Origin: Polyangiales bacterium | Lineage (GTDB): Bacteria; Myxococcota_A; Polyangia; Polyangiales; Ga0077539 | DNA length: 64,000 nucleotides | Assembly: GCA_044229975.1 (NCBI GenBank) | Contig: JBGARZ010000007.1 | Location: 256,001 to 320,000, forward strand | Reading direction: 5' to 3' | In this document: piece by piece, positions 59,473-64,000 of the stretch | How the letters are laid out: every line of letters starts with the position of its first letter | Numbering within the stretch: the stretch's first letter is position 1 | The notes under the pieces: model-generated | Told to the model about the DNA's origin: nothing | What the model saw: the letters and a program-made list of their open reading frames with translations, nothing else | The model's database searches: none | Position numbers and translations under genes: made by a program

Positions 59473-61161
59473 TCACGACACCACCTCCAACACATCCCTC
59501 AACGCCGCGACCACGTCACACCCCACATAGATGAACCCATCCACCCCCGCCTCACGTAACCCCGCCTCCAGCGCCCCCGGCCTTCCCGCCAGCAGCACCC
59601 GTTTACAGCCCGCCGCCTTCAGCGCCCGCGCCGCCTCCGCCGCTTCCGTCGCGTAGCGCTCGTCGGCGCCACACAGACACGCCACCGCTGCCGCCGCCCC
59701 CTCCTTCGCGCGCAGTCCCCCCGCCGCGAACAATGCCGTCGCAAACCCCACCCGCGCCCGGTGCTCCGCGGGCGGTCCGAGCGTCACCAGGGCCACCGCC
59801 CCGTCGAGCCCGTCCGCCCGATCGCGCAGCGCCTCGAACTCCTCCGCGTCGCGCCTCCGCGGCAGTCCCTCTCCCGTCGTCGCCGCCGTCTCGCCAGCCA
59901 GCCGGGTCTCATCGAGGTTGGCAAACTCCGACACGCCCGTGATCGCCTCCTTCCGCTTCGCGATGACCTCGCGACGCTTCGCCCACGCCGCGTCGAGCCG
60001 CGCCCGCAGGCTCCCGTCCGTCAGCGCTGCCGCCACGCCGCCCGCCGCCTCCATCGCGCGAAAGCGCCGCCAGCCTTCACGGGCGAGCGCTTCGGTGAGG
60101 TGTTCGAGGTAGTAGGCGCCGCCGGCCGGGTCGACGACGCGACCGAGGTGGCTCTCCTCGCGCAGCACGAGGCAGGTGTTGCGCGCGACACGACGACCGT
60201 GCGCGCCCGGTGCGCCGACGGCCTCATCGAAGCTCGCGGGCGTGACCAGATCGGCGCCACCCAGCACCGCGGCAAACACCTGCGTCGACACGCGCAGCAG
60301 GTTGACCCACGGATCGCGCGCGGTGAGCGTTCGCGACGAGCAGACGGCGTGCAGCACCGGCATCGTCGCACCCGCAACACCCGCGGCGGTGAGCATCTTT
60401 CCCCAGCACAACCGCAGCGCGCGCAGCTTGCACAGCTCGGCGAAGGTGTCGCGCCCCACGGCCACCTGCACCGCGAGATGCTTCGCCGCGACCGCCGCAG
60501 CGAGGCCCGCGTCGAGCAGCGCGCGCAGGTACGCGACCGCCGTCGACAGCGCGAGGGCGATCTCGTCGGCCGCGTCGGCTCCTGCGTCGTGATACGCGAG
60601 CGTGGACACCAGCGCGCCGCAGCCCAGCGGGTAGCGCTCGTTCACGGCCGTCACGGTGTGCCCGAGCTGCGCGAGCGCATCGGCGACGCCCGTCGTCGCA
60701 ACGACCCCGCGCGCAACCCTGGCCAACGGGTCAGCCGCGAGCGTGAAGTGCACCCCCGTCGTCGGAACCCCATGGCGCGCGGCGTCTTCCATCAACGAAG
60801 CGAGCGCGCCCAGCTCGGACCCGTCGCCATCGACCACGAAGTGCATCTCACGCGCCTTCGCATGGGCGAAGACACCATCGGCCTTCGCGCGCAGCCACAG
60901 AGCCTCGGCGCCGCCGTCGAGGTCATCGCGGAGAGCCGCGGGGTCGTTGGCGTCGTGGCGCATGCACACGCGAAACGGGGCCGCCGCGCCGAGGGTGCGC
61001 GCTTCGGTCGGCGGCGCGTCGGTGTACAGCGGTTGCACCGCGATGCCCTCGGGCGTGGTGTGCACCAGGGTCTTCTCGAAGGAGGCGCCCGCGAGCTCTT
61101 TCTCGACCTGGGCGCGCCACTGTCCAACGGTCACTTCGGGGAGGGTCATTCGGTCACTCAC
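59473..61161 (-). CDS. mutA: Methylmalonyl-CoA mutase, small (non-catalytic) subunit
   Basis: [44 protein letters not shown]; no DxHxxG B12 motif. GTG overlaps the icmF stop. Confidence 0.9.
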   Translation of the reverse strand: MSDRMTLPEVTVGQWRAQVEKELAGASFEKTLVHTTPEGIAVQPLYTDAPPTEARTLGAAAPFRVCMRHDANDPAALRDDLDGGAEALWLRAKADGVFAHAKAREMHFVVDGDGSELGALASLMEDAARHGVPTTGVHFTLAADPLARVARGVVATTGVADALAQLGHTVTAVNERYPLGCGALVSTLAYHDAGADAADEIALALSTAVAYLRALLDAGLAAAVAAKHLAVQVAVGRDTFAELCKLRALRLCWGKMLTAAGVAGATMPVLHAVCSSRTLTARDPWVNLLRVSTQVFAAVLGGADLVTPASFDEAVGAPGAHGRRVARNTCLVLREESHLGRVVDPAGGAYYLEHLTEALAREGWRRFRAMEAAGGVAAALTDGSLRARLDAAWAKRREVIAKRKEAITGVSEFANLDETRLAGETAATTGEGLPRRRDAEEFEALRDRADGLDGAVALVTLGPPAEHRARVGFATALFAAGGLRAKEGAAAAVACLCGADERYATEAAEAARALKAAGCKRVLLAGRPGALEAGLREAGVDGFIYVGCDVVAALRDVLEVVS

Positions 61162-64000
61162 ATGTTCCGCCGATACTGTCCGCCCACGCGGTACAGCGCG
61201 CCCGAGAGCTGGCCCAGCGTGCACACCTTGCACGCCTCCATCAGCGCCTCGAACACGTTGCCGCCCTCCAGCGCCGCCCGCTGCACTGCCTCCAGCGCCT
61301 TCTCCGCCGTGCCCTCATTGCGCTTCCAGAACGCGTTGCGCGCCTCGATGGCGTAGTCCTTCTCCTCGCCTGTCGCGCGAATCACCTCCGGTGGCGTCAC
61401 CGTCGGCGACCCCTTCGGGTCAAGGAAGGTATTCACCCCCACGATGGGCAACGTCCCGTCGTGCTTCAGCATCTCGTAGTGCAGCGACTCTTCCTGAATC
61501 TTCGAGCGCTGATACATCCGCTCCATCGCCCCGAGCACGCCGCCGCGCTCCGAGATGGCCCGGAATTCCGCCAGCACCGCGGCCTCCACGAGATCGGTCA
61601 GCTCTTCGATGATGAATGAACCCTGCGACGGGTTTTCGTTCTTCGAGAGGCCAAACTCCTTGCTGATGACCAACTGAATCGCCAGCGCCCGCCGTACGCT
61701 CTCCTCGGTCGGAGTCGTGATGGCCTCGTCGTAGGCGTTGGTGTGGAGGGAGTTGCAGTTGTCGTTGAGCGCCAGCAGCGCCTGGAGCGTGGTGCGGATG
61801 TCGTTGAAGGCGATCTCCTGCGCGTGCAGCGATCGGCCCGACGTCTGGATGTGATATTTCAGCTTCTGCGAGCGATCGTTGCCGCCGTACTTGTCCCGAA
61901 TGGCCCGCGCCCAGATGCGCCGCGCCACGCGACCGAGCACCGCATACTCCGGGTCCATCCCATTGGAGAAGAAGAACGACAGGTTGGGCGCGAAGTCGTC
62001 GATGTTCATCCCCCGCGAGAGGTAGTACTCGACAAAGGTGAACCCGTTGGCCAGCGTGAACGCGAGCTGCGAGATGGGGTTCGCCCCCGCCTCAGCGATG
62101 TGATAGCCGCTAATCGACACCGAATAGAAATTGCGAACCTTCTTGTCGATGAAGAGCTGCTGGATGTCCCCCATCATCCGCAGCGCAAACTCCGTCGAGA
62201 AGATGCAGGTGTTCTGCGCCTGGTCTTCCTTGAGGATGTCGGCCTGCACCGTCCCGCGCACCGCCGAGAGCGTCTTCGCCTTGATCTTCTCGTAGACGTC
62301 CCTCGGCAAGACGTCGTCTCCCGACACGCCCAATAGCAACAACCCCAGGCCGTCGTTGCCCTCGGGCAGCGCGCCCTGGTACCGCGGCCTCGCCACACCC
62401 TTCTCCGCGTAGATCGCCTCGATCTTCGCGTCGACCTCGGCCGCCAATCCCTGCGCGTGGATGTACCGCTCGCACTGCTGATCGATGGCGGCGTTGAGGT
62501 AGAAGCCCAACAGCATTGGCGCGGGGCCGTTGATGGTCATGGACACCGACGTGGTCGGGTCGGCGAGGTCGAAGCCCGAGTAGAGCTTCTTGGCATCATC
62601 GACACTCGCGATGGAAACCCCCGAGTTGCCGACCTTCCCATAGATGTCCGGCCGATGATCGGGGTCCTCTCCGTAGAGCGTCACCGAGTCAAAGGCCGTC
62701 GAGAGTCGCTTGGCGGGAAGTCCCCTGGAGACGTAGTGGAAGCGCTTGTTGGTGCGCTCGGGCCCGCCCTCTCCCGCGAACATCCGCGCCGGGTCTTCGC
62801 CCTCACGCTTCAGCGGAAACACGCCCGCCGTGAAGGGGAAATCCCCCGGAGCGTTTTCGCGCAACAGCCACGTCAACACGTCTCCCCAGTCTTCATAACG
62901 AGGGAGGGAGATCTTCGGGATGCGGAGCTTCGAGAGCGACTCGTAGACGAGGTCGAGCTCGATGACCTTGTCGCGCACCTGAAACTGGTACTTCGACGCG
63001 GCATAGCGTCGCTTCGTGGTGGGCCACTGGGCGAGCAGGCGACGGCACTCGGGGTCGAGGCGCGCTTCGAGGTCGCGGTAGAGCTCGACGAGGTCGGCCA
63101 CGTAGGCGGGCTCATCCTCCACGCGCTCGGTGACGTGGACGGCGTCGTCGCCCGAGCGCGGCTCGACGATCTCCAGGCGCTTCTTCCCCACGTTGGAGCG
63201 CAGCGCCTCGATGGTGCCGTGGAGCTGGTACATGCGCCGCGCGATGGCGCACTGGGCGCGCACGAAGCGGTCGGCGGCCTCGCACGTCTCGACGATCTCG
63301 GCGAGGTAGCGGGTGCGCTCCGGGGGGATGATCCAGCGCTTCTCGCTCATGGCCGCGGTGAGCTCGAAGCGTGAGTGGAGCGGGGCGCCGGTGCGCTCGA
63401 CGAGCACGTCCATGAGCTTGCGGTAGAGCCTGCTCATGCCGGGGTCGTTGAACTGCGCGGCGATGGTCCCGTAGACGGGGACGTCGTCCTCGGCGATGGC
63501 GAAGGCGTTGTGGTTGCGGCGCCACTGCTTGCGCACGTCGCGCAGCGCGTCGAGCGAGCCGCGCTTGTCGAACTTGTTGATGGCGACGACGTCGGCGAAG
63601 TCGAGCATGTCGATCTTCTCCAGCTGCGTGGCGGCGCCGTACTCCGCGGTCATCAGGTAGAGCGACACGTCGGCGTGCTCGGTGATCTCCGTGTCGGACT
63701 GGCCGATGCCCGAGGTCTCGACGACGATGAGGTCGAAGCCCGCCGCGCGGCACACCTCGATGGACTCGCGCACGTGCTTGGAGAGCGCGAGGTTGGACTG
63801 CCGCGTCGCGAGCGAGCGCATGTACACGCGCTTGCTGTCGATGGCGTTCATGCGGATGCGGTCGCCGAGGAGCGCGCCGCCGGACTTGCGCTTGGAGGGG
63901 TCGACCGAGAGCACCGCGATGGTCTTGTCGGGGAAGTCGGCGAGAAACCGTCGCACGAGCTCGTCGACGAGGCTCGATTTGCCTGCGCCGCCGGTGCCCG
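61158..64000 (-). CDS. icmF: Fused isobutyryl-CoA mutase/GTPase (5'-partial)
   Basis: [30 protein letters not shown], then mutase RMFAGEG (Phe specificity residue), [18 protein letters not shown]. Confidence 0.95.
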   Translation of the reverse strand, partial: GTGGAGKSSLVDELVRRFLADFPDKTIAVLSVDPSKRKSGGALLGDRIRMNAIDSKRVYMRSLATRQSNLALSKHVRESIEVCRAAGFDLIVVETSGIGQSDTEITEHADVSLYLMTAEYGAATQLEKIDMLDFADVVAINKFDKRGSLDALRDVRKQWRRNHNAFAIAEDDVPVYGTIAAQFNDPGMSRLYRKLMDVLVERTGAPLHSRFELTAAMSEKRWIIPPERTRYLAEIVETCEAADRFVRAQCAIARRMYQLHGTIEALRSNVGKKRLEIVEPRSGDDAVHVTERVEDEPAYVADLVELYRDLEARLDPECRRLLAQWPTTKRRYAASKYQFQVRDKVIELDLVYESLSKLRIPKISLPRYEDWGDVLTWLLRENAPGDFPFTAGVFPLKREGEDPARMFAGEGGPERTNKRFHYVSRGLPAKRLSTAFDSVTLYGEDPDHRPDIYGKVGNSGVSIASVDDAKKLYSGFDLADPTTSVSMTINGPAPMLLGFYLNAAIDQQCERYIHAQGLAAEVDAKIEAIYAEKGVARPRYQGALPEGNDGLGLLLLGVSGDDVLPRDVYEKIKAKTLSAVRGTVQADILKEDQAQNTCIFSTEFALRMMGDIQQLFIDKKVRNFYSVSISGYHIAEAGANPISQLAFTLANGFTFVEYYLSRGMNIDDFAPNLSFFFSNGMDPEYAVLGRVARRIWARAIRDKYGGNDRSQKLKYHIQTSGRSLHAQEIAFNDIRTTLQALLALNDNCNSLHTNAYDEAITTPTEESVRRALAIQLVISKEFGLSKNENPSQGSFIIEELTDLVEAAVLAEFRAISERGGVLGAMERMYQRSKIQEESLHYEMLKHDGTLPIVGVNTFLDPKGSPTVTPPEVIRATGEEKDYAIEARNAFWKRNEGTAEKALEAVQRAALEGGNVFEALMEACKVCTLGQLSGALYRVGGQYRRNM

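Overview
Very GC-rich (about 70% or more by eye), gene-dense bacterial chromosome segment with about 55 supportable CDSs. No rRNA, tRNA, CRISPR array, transposase or integrase was seen. Many lipoproteins with Asp/Pro-rich linkers and Cys-rich repeats, a Hanks-type kinase and a sigma-54 activator suggest a myxobacterium (inference). Main blocks: yhaON (SbcDC-like) divergent from an SBD-HNH restriction nuclease; a HelD-like helicase and an EthA-like monooxygenase; a MoxR/DUF58/vWA operon followed by a nidogen-like secreted protein and a frameshifted propeller-Ig-redoxin gene; a GAF sigma-54 activator with three 16-bp palindromes at exact 21-bp period; egtBD next to a betaine-class ABC importer, two GSTs and a TauE protein; a lipoprotein cluster around a lower-GC kinase locus; and an icmF-mutA-mutB-meaB B12 mutase operon. 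The most striking non-coding signal is two copies of a ~230-270-bp near-perfect palindrome whose arms co-vary between copies, each between convergent genes. All family calls come from motif recognition by eye; no database searches were run.
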